From Gammaproteobacteria bacterium (GTDB lineage: Bacteria; Pseudomonadota; Gammaproteobacteria; JAADHS01): a DNA stretch of 63,652 nt. The stretch lies in assembly GCA_013151745.1 (NCBI GenBank), contig JAADHS010000046.1:1-63652 (forward strand). Reading direction: 5' to 3'. Both the position numbers and the translations under genes were made by a program. How positions within the stretch are numbered: position 1 is the stretch's first letter; each line of letters starts with the position of its first letter. This document shows positions 41,963 through 52,288 of this stretch, in pieces. The notes under the pieces were generated by a model. It had not been told where the DNA came from. It saw only the letters and a list, made by a program, of their open reading frames with translations, and searched no databases.

Positions 41963-42524
41963 AGCCCATTTGACGTGGCACTGCCGCCAAGCCGCACACA
42001 TTATCAAACGGGGCGGGCTGATCGCTTACCCAACAGAAACGGTATACGGACTGGGGTGTGATCCACTCAATTTAGAATCGATACTAAAAATTCTGGAACT
42101 CAAGCATCGCCCCCTGGCCAAGGGGCTGATCATTATTGCCGCCGAAGTCAATCAACTTTTACCCTACATTGAATCGAACCCAACTGAAATAGAAAACACC
42201 CTGTTATCACCTGATACGAAGCCTACAACCTGGGCTTTTAAAGCACAGCCGTGGGTTCCTGCCTGGCTAACAGGTCAGCATACGACCCTTGCCGTCAGAC
42301 TCACATCACACCCCGCCGCTCACTCGCTCTGTATGCAACTCGCACACCCTATCATCTCAACCAGCGCTAACCCGCCCGGCGCCCGTCCAGCGCGCAACGG
42401 GCATTTATTAAGGAAGTGGTTTCACCATAAACTGGATTTTATTCTTCCGGGAACGACCCCTCATCACAACACCCCCAGCATGATCAAAGATGTAAAAACA
42501 GGCTTGATTTTACGGCAAGGTTAA
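41955..42524 (+). CDS. tsaC: L-threonylcarbamoyladenylate synthase (YrdC/TsaC type)
   Basis: YPTETVYGLGCDP and STSAN motifs. ATG 41955 overlaps the purD stop by 8 nt. Confidence 0.85.
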   Translation: MNKAHLTWHCRQAAHIIKRGGLIAYPTETVYGLGCDPLNLESILKILELKHRPLAKGLIIIAAEVNQLLPYIESNPTEIENTLLSPDTKPTTWAFKAQPWVPAWLTGQHTTLAVRLTSHPAAHSLCMQLAHPIISTSANPPGARPARNGHLLRKWFHHKLDFILPGTTPHHNTPSMIKDVKTGLILRQG

Positions 42525-42931
42525 GCCTGGGGAAATCAGTTGATCCACGATGAACAGTACAAAATATTGATCCATACAAACTGTTACAAAAAAAATTTCA
42601 TCCTCATCGGATGCTGTCCGAGAATAGCGATCGTAGCGAGAACAAACTACATTTCACCCACAAGAGACATAAAAATCAAACTTTTCGATCAAATGATGAA
42701 ATACATCCTTGATGTTTCACACTGCCAGGGTCGCTTCGCAATCTCGATTCGCTCCCGACACATGATGTAATACTACTCAACAGCGTTCACAAGCGCCTTA
42801 TCTGACCGGCCATACGCTGGTATTTTATGCAAATATTAGTGTTTATAGCTCCTACCTGCCATATCTCTCTTTTAAAACTTTCGTGCTCTGTTATCATAAG
42901 GGAAATATTCCCACTTTTTAGAGTAGCCTGA

Positions 42932-43792
42932 ATGTCTGCCGTTAATGGTACTTCACCTTCACAAGCATTGACTGTAGTACTAAGCAAGCTACTGAGGCCG
43001 CTTGTCCGTTTATTAATTCATTATCAAATTACATATCCTTTTATTTCTCAACTCCTTAAATCTATTTATTTGCAAGTAGCGACAGAATCATTTCCTGTTG
43101 AAGGAAAGCGAATAACAGATTCTCGTTTATCATTGCTCACCGGCGTTCATCGCAAAGACGTTCGACGGTTACGCCATGAAGATGATCCACTGGCTGTTGC
43201 AGAATCAAAAACGGGATCATTAAGTGCGCAAGTCATTGCATCTTGGTTAAGTTTTCCAGAATATTCTGATAATGAAGGTAACGCCAAACCGCTGCATCGC
43301 TTAGTTGCAAATGGCGAGCCAAGCTTTGAATCACTTGTTGAACGAGTAAGCAAACAAGATTTACGATCACGGTCTTTATTAGATGAATGGATGCGTAAAA
43401 AAATTGTCTTTATTGATAATAAAGGGATGGTGCATTTAGAAAAAGAAGCATTTTTACCTGTTGAAAATTTTGATGATAAGGCTTATTTTTTTGGCCATAA
43501 TATACATGATCATATCGCCGCCAGCACACATAATTTAATGGGTAAAACCCCTGCTTATTTCGATCGTAGTGTTTACTACAATAATTTACGTACAGACTCA
43601 ATTAACGAATTACAAGCATTTTCAGAGCAGCAAGCGATGCTTGTAATTAAGAAAATCAATCGCAAAGCACATCAGCTCCAACGCAAAGATAGCGGAAAAA
43701 AAGGTGCTAACCATCGTTTCCGCTTTGGCTCTTATTTTTATTCAGAAGAACAACAACAAAAAACACGGCACAAGGGTGAAAAAAATGAATAA
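42932..43792 (+). CDS. hypothetical protein with predicted HTH segment
   Basis: 286 aa. RLSLLTGVHRKDVRRL resembles an HTH. The remainder is unassigned (it may belong to a DUF family I cannot name with confidence). Confidence 0.55.
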   Translation: MSAVNGTSPSQALTVVLSKLLRPLVRLLIHYQITYPFISQLLKSIYLQVATESFPVEGKRITDSRLSLLTGVHRKDVRRLRHEDDPLAVAESKTGSLSAQVIASWLSFPEYSDNEGNAKPLHRLVANGEPSFESLVERVSKQDLRSRSLLDEWMRKKIVFIDNKGMVHLEKEAFLPVENFDDKAYFFGHNIHDHIAASTHNLMGKTPAYFDRSVYYNNLRTDSINELQAFSEQQAMLVIKKINRKAHQLQRKDSGKKGANHRFRFGSYFYSEEQQQKTRHKGEKNE

Positions 43793-44057
43793 ATTGATGT
43801 TTTTTTTTGGTGCGTTGTTACTCACAACAACTTTTATATGGGCTGCAGAACCCGATGAAAGCGGGATCGGCGGAACCGGTGCCAGCAAGCCATCAATAGT
43901 GGATGGAATATTTAGTCGTCCGGAAATTCCAGATTTTGTGGACACTCCTGAAGTGCCAGAAATTTCCGTTCCCGATCTATCGGACGATGGGGCAGCAATT
44001 GAAGGTATTGATAGTTCAATTCCTGAGGATGCTAAAGTGCCTGTGGAAACTGAATAG
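43785..44057 (+). CDS. small secreted, highly acidic Pro/Asp/Glu-rich protein (90 aa precursor)
   Basis: Signal peptide MNKLMFFFGALLLTTTFIWA/AE. ATG 43785 overlaps the upstream stop by 8 nt. The ORF-track N-terminal extension was discarded. Confidence 0.55.
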   Translation: MNKLMFFFGALLLTTTFIWAAEPDESGIGGTGASKPSIVDGIFSRPEIPDFVDTPEVPEISVPDLSDDGAAIEGIDSSIPEDAKVPVETE

Positions 44058-44131
44058 ACCTTACAGTTACATAAAAAAATCGAGAATTTCGAAAACATAT
44101 CTGTATTTATAGGCTAAATCTCAAATATCTA

Positions 44132-44172
44132 CATGTTCCTGGATCTCACCAGCGGTGAGATCCAGGAACATG
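44132..44172. terminator. 41-bp perfect palindrome between convergent genes
   Basis: CATGTTCCTGGATCTCACC-AGC-GGTGAGATCCAGGAACATG (19-bp arms). No flanking U-tract. Confidence 0.45.
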
Positions 44173-44301
44173 CCTTAAATATAAGAAATACAAAAGTTGC
44201 ATTAAGAGCGGATGTAATAAGTGCCTCATCATTTTTTGGTGAGGCACTCATATTTAGTTTACGTTAAGCTCCTCATAACCTTTATTTTTTTATCACTTAA
44301 C

Positions 44302-45909
44302 TTAAAGCACTCCAAAAGCGTCATAGTTGCGCCACTGAATAGCGCCATTGATAACGATATCAACCCTGTTATTTTCACCTGTGTTGATAAATCCAGTTCG
44401 TTGTAATACGGCATTGGTAAATGTTATTGAATCATCTGTTTCATTAAACGTAATAGTGTTAGTGCCGTTACAATCTCTACCACAAGAATAAACATATGTC
44501 CGAGCTTGAACCGTTATCGTTAAAATAGTTATGAAATCAGCCCTATCATCCTCGCCCATCATGAAAAGGGAAAAAGTGTTGTCAGGATCAGTTGACTCTC
44601 CACCCACGGAATCTTCAAAAGGTGTTGCAGTGATAAGAAACCCAGTAGAACTATTCAGATCAATAGCATCAAGAAACTCAAGTGATGTGCCCACAATTTC
44701 GGTGTCAGCGCCTGATAACGTTAAGGTGCCTCCACCGCTTGTATTGCCTGTTATCGTATCATCTAATACTAGGCAGCTTTCTAAAGTAATATCCGATGTT
44801 GTGGTTTGTGCCTCAACGATGTTAGTAGATCTAAAAGAAGCGCGTCCAGAAATCGCTACCAGTGCATTGGATTTTGCAAAAACGGAAAAATTTCCCGCGT
44901 TGTCGGTATAAGCAAAAGCAGCACCTGAATAATTTTTACCTTCTGAGCGGATAAAAACATTTTCTAAACGCTTGCCATCCGTATCTTCGACACAGCCCTT
45001 AATTGTGATCCGTTCAAGTATAAGATCTGCGTTCCAGGTAGAAAAATGAGTGACACGACCTTCGTAAAATTTTTCTGTCGGGTCAAGTGCGGCGCTGCCC
45101 TCTTCAACCCAGAGTCCGGTTTCTTTGTTATAAAAGTATAATGGAATCGTGGTGGGTGGGTTGGCTGTGTTACTTGCTACGGGAATGCGAATGGTTGCGG
45201 GTGAGCCGTCTGCTAAATTTAAATCGTTACCCGCAGCGTCTTTAAAGGTAGTGGTTATTGCGCCAAAGCTTTCAATCTGAGCGAGTGTGCCGCCATCGGT
45301 ATCCGTCTGCATGTCACCGGGCATGAGGTCAATGTCGATGGCTGGATCAATAACGGTTAAACTGCTGGTTACTCTTCCTGAGGGTCGTGTTGTGCCATCG
45401 GCTTGTACCAGAGAGTTTGCTGTTAACTTTACCATTGCAGGTGAATCTGTCACCGTTAAATCTTTCGTTAGACCAGGATCAAATTCTTCAGAGGCATCAA
45501 CAGGTAAAATAGAAACGTTTAAATCGATGACCTGATTCTGTTTGTTCAACCGAACAATTTTTGATTGTTCGGTATATCCCGCGCCCTGAATTGTGACCAC
45601 AATACGATTATTGGATGATATATTTTTCAGGCTATAGCTACCGGTTATAGAGGTCGTCGCTGACGAGTCACCGGCTGAAACAATTAAACCTGGAACAGGA
45701 AATTGAGTTTTTGCATTTTGAACAATGCCATTGATTGATCCGGTTACGGTAGCGGGAGGATTGTTTTCTGTATTGTCAGTGGGAGTTACGGTGCCAGAAA
45801 GATTGTGCCCTGTATTGTCGGCAGGGGTTCCGCTACCGCCGCCACAATTGACAATAGAAAAAATTATTAGCAAAAAAAACAATGCTTTTAAATACGAAAT
45901 TATTTTCAT
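44302..45909 (-). CDS. large surface lipoprotein with CarboxypepD_reg-like N-terminal domain
   Basis: Lipobox IVNC followed by a GGGSG linker. GIVQNA...GSYSLKNI beta-sandwich signature. Beta-rich remainder. Confidence 0.65.
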   Translation of the reverse strand: MKIISYLKALFFLLIIFSIVNCGGGSGTPADNTGHNLSGTVTPTDNTENNPPATVTGSINGIVQNAKTQFPVPGLIVSAGDSSATTSITGSYSLKNISSNNRIVVTIQGAGYTEQSKIVRLNKQNQVIDLNVSILPVDASEEFDPGLTKDLTVTDSPAMVKLTANSLVQADGTTRPSGRVTSSLTVIDPAIDIDLMPGDMQTDTDGGTLAQIESFGAITTTFKDAAGNDLNLADGSPATIRIPVASNTANPPTTIPLYFYNKETGLWVEEGSAALDPTEKFYEGRVTHFSTWNADLILERITIKGCVEDTDGKRLENVFIRSEGKNYSGAAFAYTDNAGNFSVFAKSNALVAISGRASFRSTNIVEAQTTTSDITLESCLVLDDTITGNTSGGGTLTLSGADTEIVGTSLEFLDAIDLNSSTGFLITATPFEDSVGGESTDPDNTFSLFMMGEDDRADFITILTITVQARTYVYSCGRDCNGTNTITFNETDDSITFTNAVLQRTGFINTGENNRVDIVINGAIQWRNYDAFGVL

Positions 45910-46497
45910 TTTTTATTCCTTAAAAATTTATATTTACCCAAAAAACCGGGCATAAATGCTATGCATCGTGGATTAACTGCGTTTTTTAGGTTTATACCTG
46001 GATTCTGCAAGCGTGAAGCAATCGCAAGAAAAAAAGGGCAGATTTATTAAAACATTTCTAAAGATAGAAATTTAGCGGCTCTTTTTTTTGCTATTTTAAA
46101 ATTACTTTCAGTAATTGGTAGTAATAATTATTACGCAAAAAGAATTAGTTTCTTGCGTATACAAAGCGAAACCCAGGCCTTTTTGAAGCGATTCACTCTC
46201 ATTTGCTCTATTGTTGCAGACGTATTAATCCTGTGTAACAAAACAAACGTCTCATGTTGTAAACAACATTCATTATACCCATTTTATGGCGCTGCGTGGC
46301 AAATCTATGTTCTTGAAATTAAGCCCGCCTTGTTCGTTCGCCATTGACCCAAAGACATGCACGACTTTCACTCGTTTAGGGCCAAAAGAATGTGGTACGC
46401 TCCTGCCAATTGATAAGAAGTCTATTGATTTATAAATGCATGATGTGAACTTCGATGTTATTTCATGCTAATACGTAAACTTATAAGGAAAATAAAT

Positions 46498-46902
46498 ATG
46501 AAAGAAATCTCTGGCATTAATCACATTGGAATTCGGGTTACTAATCTTGAACGATCACGGAAATTCTATGAACAACTCGGGTTCGTGTTTTTGGTCGGCC
46601 CGGTTGGGCCAGAGCCAGTAGCAATAATGGAGCACCCATCTGGAGTTAATATCAATTTTATTTTAAACGCGGATTCAGGCATAACAGAAAATATACTTAT
46701 GGATGTGCCGGAGAAGCATCCAGGGTATACCCATATGGCATTAGATGTATCTGATATTCATGCGATCGAGGTTAAGCTAAATGAATCAGGCATAAATATC
46801 ACTGAAGGCCCAGTAACCTTACCTGATGGTGGGGTCATGTTGTTTATTCGAGACCAAGACTACAATGTAATTGAGTTTCACCAAAGTGCAAAGCAACTAT
46901 GA
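46498..46902 (+). CDS. VOC/glyoxalase-family protein
   Basis: INHIGIRVTNLERSRKFYEQLGF and YTHMALDV blocks. AAGGA RBS before ATG 46498. Confidence 0.7.
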   Translation: MKEISGINHIGIRVTNLERSRKFYEQLGFVFLVGPVGPEPVAIMEHPSGVNINFILNADSGITENILMDVPEKHPGYTHMALDVSDIHAIEVKLNESGINITEGPVTLPDGGVMLFIRDQDYNVIEFHQSAKQL

Positions 46903-46954
46903 ATACGATTGTTCTATTTTAAGGAATAGGCGCGTAATAACTTCCCTGTTTTGC

Positions 46955-47003
46955 ATATACCCATAGCGATTAAAATTTAGGTATGATTGCACGCTCTATT
47001 CAT
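46955..47003. repeat. solo half of MITE subfamily B (left arm only)
   Basis: ATATACCCATAGCGATTAAAATTTAGGTATGATTGCACGCTCTATTCAT aligns to the left arm of 15919..16084. Confidence 0.7.
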
Positions 47004-47013
47004 GGTTAGGCTA

Positions 47014-47370
47014 CTACCGCTGAAAACAACGATCAGCCGCGGCGACAAGGTTGGCGTATTCCAGAAAATTTTGACCGTACATGACAGATTGTCCCCAGTC
47101 GCCCATTGCGATGGCGGCGCAATCAGAGTGATTCAAGTTGGCAACCGTGGTTCTACCCTTTAAAAGTTTCTGCGGATCTGTATGGCGTGCAGCGGAGGCT
47201 AATACTTGGCGTTCGAAAAAACGTATCTTTTTTTTATAAAGATCGGCTAAGTGTTCTTTGGCACGTTCTTGTTGCCGGATGTCTATTTGAGAATGCATAT
47301 TCTGTGGTGGTGTACTGGCACAAGCGGAAGAAAGTAATATTATAAGTAGTATTGCGAGCGCTCGGTACAT
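47014..47370 (-). CDS. small lipoprotein, function unknown
   Basis: Lipobox LLSSAC. 118 aa. Confidence 0.5.
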   Translation of the reverse strand: MYRALAILLIILLSSACASTPPQNMHSQIDIRQQERAKEHLADLYKKKIRFFERQVLASAARHTDPQKLLKGRTTVANLNHSDCAAIAMGDWGQSVMYGQNFLEYANLVAAADRCFQR

Positions 47371-47509
47371 GAGTTTCCCCTTTTTTTCAGCTTATACCCC
47401 AACCCGTGTTGGTTATTTAAAATATCGGGTGTGGGTATTTGTTTCTGAAAGGGGAAACGGCTTTTTTATGGTGATGGCGCTCACATTTTAGAGCAGTATT
47501 TATAGCCTC

Positions 47510-49282
47510 TTAGGTGGACTCTGAAAACTGAGCGCGATAGAGCTGTGCATATTTACCAGAAGTGGCCAGCAACTCTGTGTGGGTGCCTGTTTCCAAAATC
47601 TGCCCGGCTTCAAGAACAATGATGCGATCCGCATTTTCGATGGTCGATAGGCGGTGGGCAATGACGATGGAGGTGCGGCCTTGACGCAGCACTTCAACTG
47701 CGGCTTTAACATGTTGCTCGGCCTGAGTGTCCAGTGCAGAGGTGGCTTCATCCATAATTAAAATTTTGGCATTCTTTAATAGCGCTCGTGCAATGGCGAG
47801 ACGTTGGCGTTGCCCACCAGATAAACGAACGCCTTTTTCACCAATCTTGGTTTGCAAGCCTTGCGGCATTGTTTTAATAAATTCCATCGCATGAGCCGCT
47901 TCTGCAGCGGCAACGATGTCCGCTTCCGATGCCTTATTCATACCACCATAAGCGATATTCTCGGCCACCGTACCGTTAAAAAGTACGACTTCCTGGCTGA
48001 CTAATGCAATATTTTCACGTAGTGCGGCTAGGGATAAATCTTGAATGTTGATACCATCTAATAAAATGCGTCCTTCCGTGGGTTGATAAAAGCGAGGCAA
48101 TAAATTAACCAGCGTGGTTTTGCCACTGCCCGATGCACCGACCAGCGCAACCGTTTCGCCGGGATTAATCGTCAGTGTAAGCTGCTTTAATGCGAGATTT
48201 TTGCTTAGACCGTAGTCTAAGCTGACGTTGTCAAAGTGAAGTTTCCCTTGTACCTGTTCAATACTTTTTTTGCCCTCGTTTTTTTCAGGAGGTTGATCAA
48301 TCAGCGCGAAAATACTTTCGGCTGCTGCCAGCCCACGTTGAATGTGTTCGTTCAGGCCGGTTAATCTTTTGATCGGCGAAAATAACATTGCCATAGCCGT
48401 GATAAAGGAAATAAATTCGCCTACGGTCAGTTGTCCTTCGAGAGATTGTAGTGATGCAATATAGATAATAAAAGCCAGCGCCGATGCGGTAATCAATTGT
48501 ACGACGGGCGCATTGGCCGAGGAAGTGCTGATAAACTTCATCTGATAGCGACGTAACCAGTTGGCGATGGATGCAAAACGTTGGCTTTCGTATTGTTCTC
48601 CGCGGAAAACTTTAACCACTTTATTGGCTGATATCGTTTCTTCCAATGAATGGGTCATGTCGCCCATTGCATTTTGCTGAGCACGGCTTAAGTTTCGTAA
48701 GCGCTGACTAATGATCCAGACGACAAGCGCAATCAAAGGCAAGATGATCAGTGTCGTCATGGTTAATTTCCAGTTGATCCACAACATCCAGCCTAACAGG
48801 CCGATGACGGCCAATGTGTCGCGTACCAGCACAACGAGAACATGGGTCGCGGCGGTTGCAACCTGACTCACGTCATAGGTGATTTTTGACATCAACTTAC
48901 CCGAAACCTGATTGTCATAATAACTGCTGGGGAGCGATAACAGTCGCAAAAACATTTCATTGCGGATATCCATCACCACTTTGTTTGAAACCCAGGCCAA
49001 GGCGACGGTGCTGATATAAGTCGATGTGCCTTGAATTGCGGCAAGAAGAATAAGCAAAATTGGAACTAATGAAATCATTTCAGGGTCTTTGTCGACAAAG
49101 CTACCGTCCAACAAAGGTTTCAAAAGTGCGGGCATCGCCGGTTGGGTGGCGGCAAGAACCACCATTGCAATAATGGCGATGGTGAAAACTTTCCAGTAAG
49201 GTTTTACATAGGTCAGTAACCGGAGGTAAAGTGTTTTGCTTTGCGCAAAGGTCGAGGGTATGTTTTCGATGTTTTTAGACAT
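47510..49282 (-). CDS. msbA: lipid A export ABC transporter (permease/ATPase)
   Basis: Six-TM domain followed by an NBD with GASGSGKTT, LSGGQRQR and ILIMDEATS. ATG 49282 is preferred over the TTG at 49294. Confidence 0.9.
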   Translation of the reverse strand: MSKNIENIPSTFAQSKTLYLRLLTYVKPYWKVFTIAIIAMVVLAATQPAMPALLKPLLDGSFVDKDPEMISLVPILLILLAAIQGTSTYISTVALAWVSNKVVMDIRNEMFLRLLSLPSSYYDNQVSGKLMSKITYDVSQVATAATHVLVVLVRDTLAVIGLLGWMLWINWKLTMTTLIILPLIALVVWIISQRLRNLSRAQQNAMGDMTHSLEETISANKVVKVFRGEQYESQRFASIANWLRRYQMKFISTSSANAPVVQLITASALAFIIYIASLQSLEGQLTVGEFISFITAMAMLFSPIKRLTGLNEHIQRGLAAAESIFALIDQPPEKNEGKKSIEQVQGKLHFDNVSLDYGLSKNLALKQLTLTINPGETVALVGASGSGKTTLVNLLPRFYQPTEGRILLDGINIQDLSLAALRENIALVSQEVVLFNGTVAENIAYGGMNKASEADIVAAAEAAHAMEFIKTMPQGLQTKIGEKGVRLSGGQRQRLAIARALLKNAKILIMDEATSALDTQAEQHVKAAVEVLRQGRTSIVIAHRLSTIENADRIIVLEAGQILETGTHTELLATSGKYAQLYRAQFSEST

Positions 49283-50423
49283 TTCGAGCTTCAATGCTTG
49301 AGTGATTGGACGTTAGCAATTGCTGGTATAAATTCAATAGCTGTTCGCTCATGGCGTTTAAAGTAAAGCCTTGTACCCGTTTCAGTCCAGCTTGGCCGAT
49401 GCGCTGACGATGTTCAGGGTCAAGTAAAGTCTGCATCGCCTGCGTGATATTTTTGGTGTCTAAAGCATCACAGATAAATCCATTTTCGCCTTGCTCTATG
49501 ATATCAACGGCTCCGCATTTATTGCTGGTGATGACTGGCAGGCCACAGGCCATGGCTTCAAGCACCGCATTGGCAAAAGGGTCGTATAGCGTAGGCAGGA
49601 TAAAGGCATCGGCACAGCCATAGTAGGGCTTCACGTCATCAACTGGGCCAATATAGTGAATGCGCGGGGTGACGATACTTTGATAATGTTTTAGTTGTTT
49701 GTCTTTGCCCACTACGATGAGGTGAGCATTACTTGGTAACGATGCGAAGGCTTTCAGTGTTGCTGTCAGTCCCTTGCGTTGATAGCCTGAACCGACAAAC
49801 AAAAACACGCAAGCATTTTCTGGAATACCGTGTCGTTGGCGAATAGGGGTACGATGCTGTTCGCGCAATCCCGTGTTGTAGTGTTGCTCATCAAAGCCAT
49901 TATAAATAACATGTATTTTATCTGGGTGGGTATCAAAGTGGGTGATGATTTCTTGTTTCACCATTTTGGAATTACAGATCACGGCCTTTAAATGAGTGCT
50001 CTGGAATAGACGGCGCTCCGCGAGTAAGGTGTAGCGATGATAGGGGTCGAGCTGTGTTGCTAGTCGTGCCCAATATCCCGATATATTTTGGCGTTGTGCT
50101 AACCACACCTTATGCACACCATCGCCCGCACGGTAGACATCACAACAAGGGGTGCGTTCATGTGATTGAACAAGGTCCGCTTGCAGAGATTTTAGTGTGT
50201 TGCAAGCACCACGATGGAAGCTCCAGTCACGCCAGGTTCTACCTATATAAAAAGGTGTGCAAGGAATGAAGCTATAGCCTTCTTTGGCTTGCCATTGTCT
50301 TGAAATGAGCGTCAGATTCAACGTGTGCTCGCTGAGCGCGCGCAGTGTCCGTTCGACAAAACGCTCGGCACCACCCGAGGCGGTGTAACGTTGTTTGATA
50401 ATAACGAGATGAGGTGCGGTCAC
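49275..50423 (-). CDS. GT4-family glycosyltransferase (LPS core, WaaG-like)
   Basis: C-terminal EX7E-type block (PFANAVLEAMACGLPVITS). GTG 50423 forms a GTGA overlap with the upstream stop. Confidence 0.8.
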   Translation of the reverse strand: MTAPHLVIIKQRYTASGGAERFVERTLRALSEHTLNLTLISRQWQAKEGYSFIPCTPFYIGRTWRDWSFHRGACNTLKSLQADLVQSHERTPCCDVYRAGDGVHKVWLAQRQNISGYWARLATQLDPYHRYTLLAERRLFQSTHLKAVICNSKMVKQEIITHFDTHPDKIHVIYNGFDEQHYNTGLREQHRTPIRQRHGIPENACVFLFVGSGYQRKGLTATLKAFASLPSNAHLIVVGKDKQLKHYQSIVTPRIHYIGPVDDVKPYYGCADAFILPTLYDPFANAVLEAMACGLPVITSNKCGAVDIIEQGENGFICDALDTKNITQAMQTLLDPEHRQRIGQAGLKRVQGFTLNAMSEQLLNLYQQLLTSNHSSIEARNV

Positions 50424-51517
50424 GGTTTGTTTTGTTCGATCAAAGACAGTGTCGCCGCAACAACAGTATGAACCGGAATCTCTGTTAAGCATTCGCTGAT
50501 TTTACTGCCACCGCAACCGTCTTGCCCGCAAGGGCGACAAGTATGTGTGGAAGTAATAATTTTATTTGGCGTTTGCCAGGGGCCCCATTCGAGATCGCCG
50601 CTCGGACCAAAGAGCACCACTATCGGTGTTTTCATCGCTGCAGCAATGTGCATTGGCACGGAGTCCATACCAATAAAACACAGGGCGCGATGAGTTAAGG
50701 CCGCAATCTCTTTTAGTGAAAGTTGGCCAGACAGGTCGATGACAGGTTTGTCCAGTTGTTGTTGAATAGCTTGTACGAATGCCTTTTCTTTAGCATCAGG
50801 TGCGGCACTGAGTACGAGCGTATAACCTGCTTGATGAAGTTGGTTAATTAAGCCCGCAAATTTTTCAGACGACCAACATTTAAAAAGCCATCGTGAGGTC
50901 GGGTGAATATGAATGTATGGGCGTTTGTCCAGCCCATGTTGAGCGAGTAGTGTATCCATTCGTTGCTCGGCCTCATCACCAGCAACCAGGCTTAACGCTC
51001 GTTCGGAGATGTCAGGATAAACACCGATACGACGCAGGGTATCCAGGTGTTTTTCGACGATATGACGTTGTGGATTTGCTATTTTAGCGAGATGGCTGAA
51101 TGTTTTTTTCCATAATTTTTTACGGAGTTTAGGAAAGTGTGGAAAGTCATACGAAACGCTATAGCGGGGCTTTAATAGCTGAGTCAGCCACAGGCCTCGG
51201 TTATGCTCGGTCAAATGAATAACCATGTCATATTTTCGGGATTTAAGCTGAGTGAATCCTTCGTATTCTGCTTTTAATTGCTGAATGAAGCTGGTATGAA
51301 GATGATTGCGTTGCACGCCAAAAACATGAGATATCGCCGAGTGTAGTGTGAGCATCGCTCGTGTTTCTTCGTAAACCAAAGCATCTATTTCAAGGTGAGG
51401 ATGATGTGCTTTGAGTACAGAAAAAACAGGGGAAGTCAGCAAAGTGTCACCAAAATGCCGCAATTTGATTACGAGCACGGTTTTAACTTGAGAGAAATCG
51501 GCAGCATCATTTAACAT
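50420..51517 (-). CDS. GT9-family LPS heptosyltransferase
   Basis: LRHFGDTLLTSPV N-terminal block and GMDSVPMHIAAA C-terminal block. Confidence 0.82.
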   Translation of the reverse strand: MLNDAADFSQVKTVLVIKLRHFGDTLLTSPVFSVLKAHHPHLEIDALVYEETRAMLTLHSAISHVFGVQRNHLHTSFIQQLKAEYEGFTQLKSRKYDMVIHLTEHNRGLWLTQLLKPRYSVSYDFPHFPKLRKKLWKKTFSHLAKIANPQRHIVEKHLDTLRRIGVYPDISERALSLVAGDEAEQRMDTLLAQHGLDKRPYIHIHPTSRWLFKCWSSEKFAGLINQLHQAGYTLVLSAAPDAKEKAFVQAIQQQLDKPVIDLSGQLSLKEIAALTHRALCFIGMDSVPMHIAAAMKTPIVVLFGPSGDLEWGPWQTPNKIITSTHTCRPCGQDGCGGSKISECLTEIPVHTVVAATLSLIEQNKP

Positions 51518-52288
51518 ATTGTTTCTAAAGAGTTCGTCCAGTAATGTATGCGTATTTTAACGCGTCGCCTAATGCTACAATGATATTTGAAATGTGACAA
51601 GGAGCGGCTGAATTTTCTACCTTGCTCAGCATTTATGATGATATTTTTTTTCGAGAGGTGGGGGGCGCGTGTCTGCTGTTCCTAGCTCTCTGACTGCATC
51701 TGTATTTATACTATGTATCTGTACTTATATCATTATGTAAATAAAGCGTTTATTCTTCTCTTGGTAATGTTGCTACTTTTGTTAAAATGGCCACTACCTC
51801 AAACCTTGAGCCACATAGTAATATGTAACATATCTTAAAGTTAAACTGTTACAAATGATGACTTAAAAATGAAGAGGTTGGGTGCGGGCTGAGAGAAATC
51901 GGCAAAATGCATAAACAGTGCGGTTAAAGATGTACTGGGTTTGGTGGTCGCTATCATCAGTGTAGCTTATCTCGCCTTTTTAGTGATGGAGCGAGGCTAA
52001 TTGTAACACTTTAAGTAAATCAGTATCCCTCTTCTACTGTAAGATTGTTTGAAAATGGTCTGGTTGAGGCCGATTTTTTGATCATTTGATGCCAATAATG
52101 GGCTTGTTTTAAAGAAAGTGAGCGATAGCTGGCCGCAGTACGAGTGCATGGATGCACAAGATAGAGCAACGCAGGACGCAGTGGCCCAAGGTTTGTCTGT
52201 TCGCAGATGGCCTTCTGGTTCTCCGCTCCTTTTTATGAGACGATGATGGTGTCTGGGGATACACAGAATAAGGATTCAAATTAAATAA

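Noticed and set aside
42540-42770. 76-aa ORF in the tsaC to 42932 spacer. The 64-aa ORF at 46153..46347 is a similar case.
   Set aside because: Both have non-ATG or weak starts, no RBS and Cys/Ile-rich AT-driven composition. They are more likely non-coding spacer.
43742-44098. 118-aa minus-strand ORF opposite the small acidic secreted protein.
   Set aside because: It is the antisense shadow of a Pro/Glu/Asp-rich frame. The plus-strand ORF has a signal peptide and start/stop coupling to the upstream gene.
51490-51904. 15-nt direct repeat TGAGAGAAATCGGCA at 51489 and 51890, considered as a duplication or target-site signature.
   Set aside because: A few exact 15-mers are expected by chance among all position pairs in a 64-kb AT-leaning window, and the similarity does not extend into the flanks.
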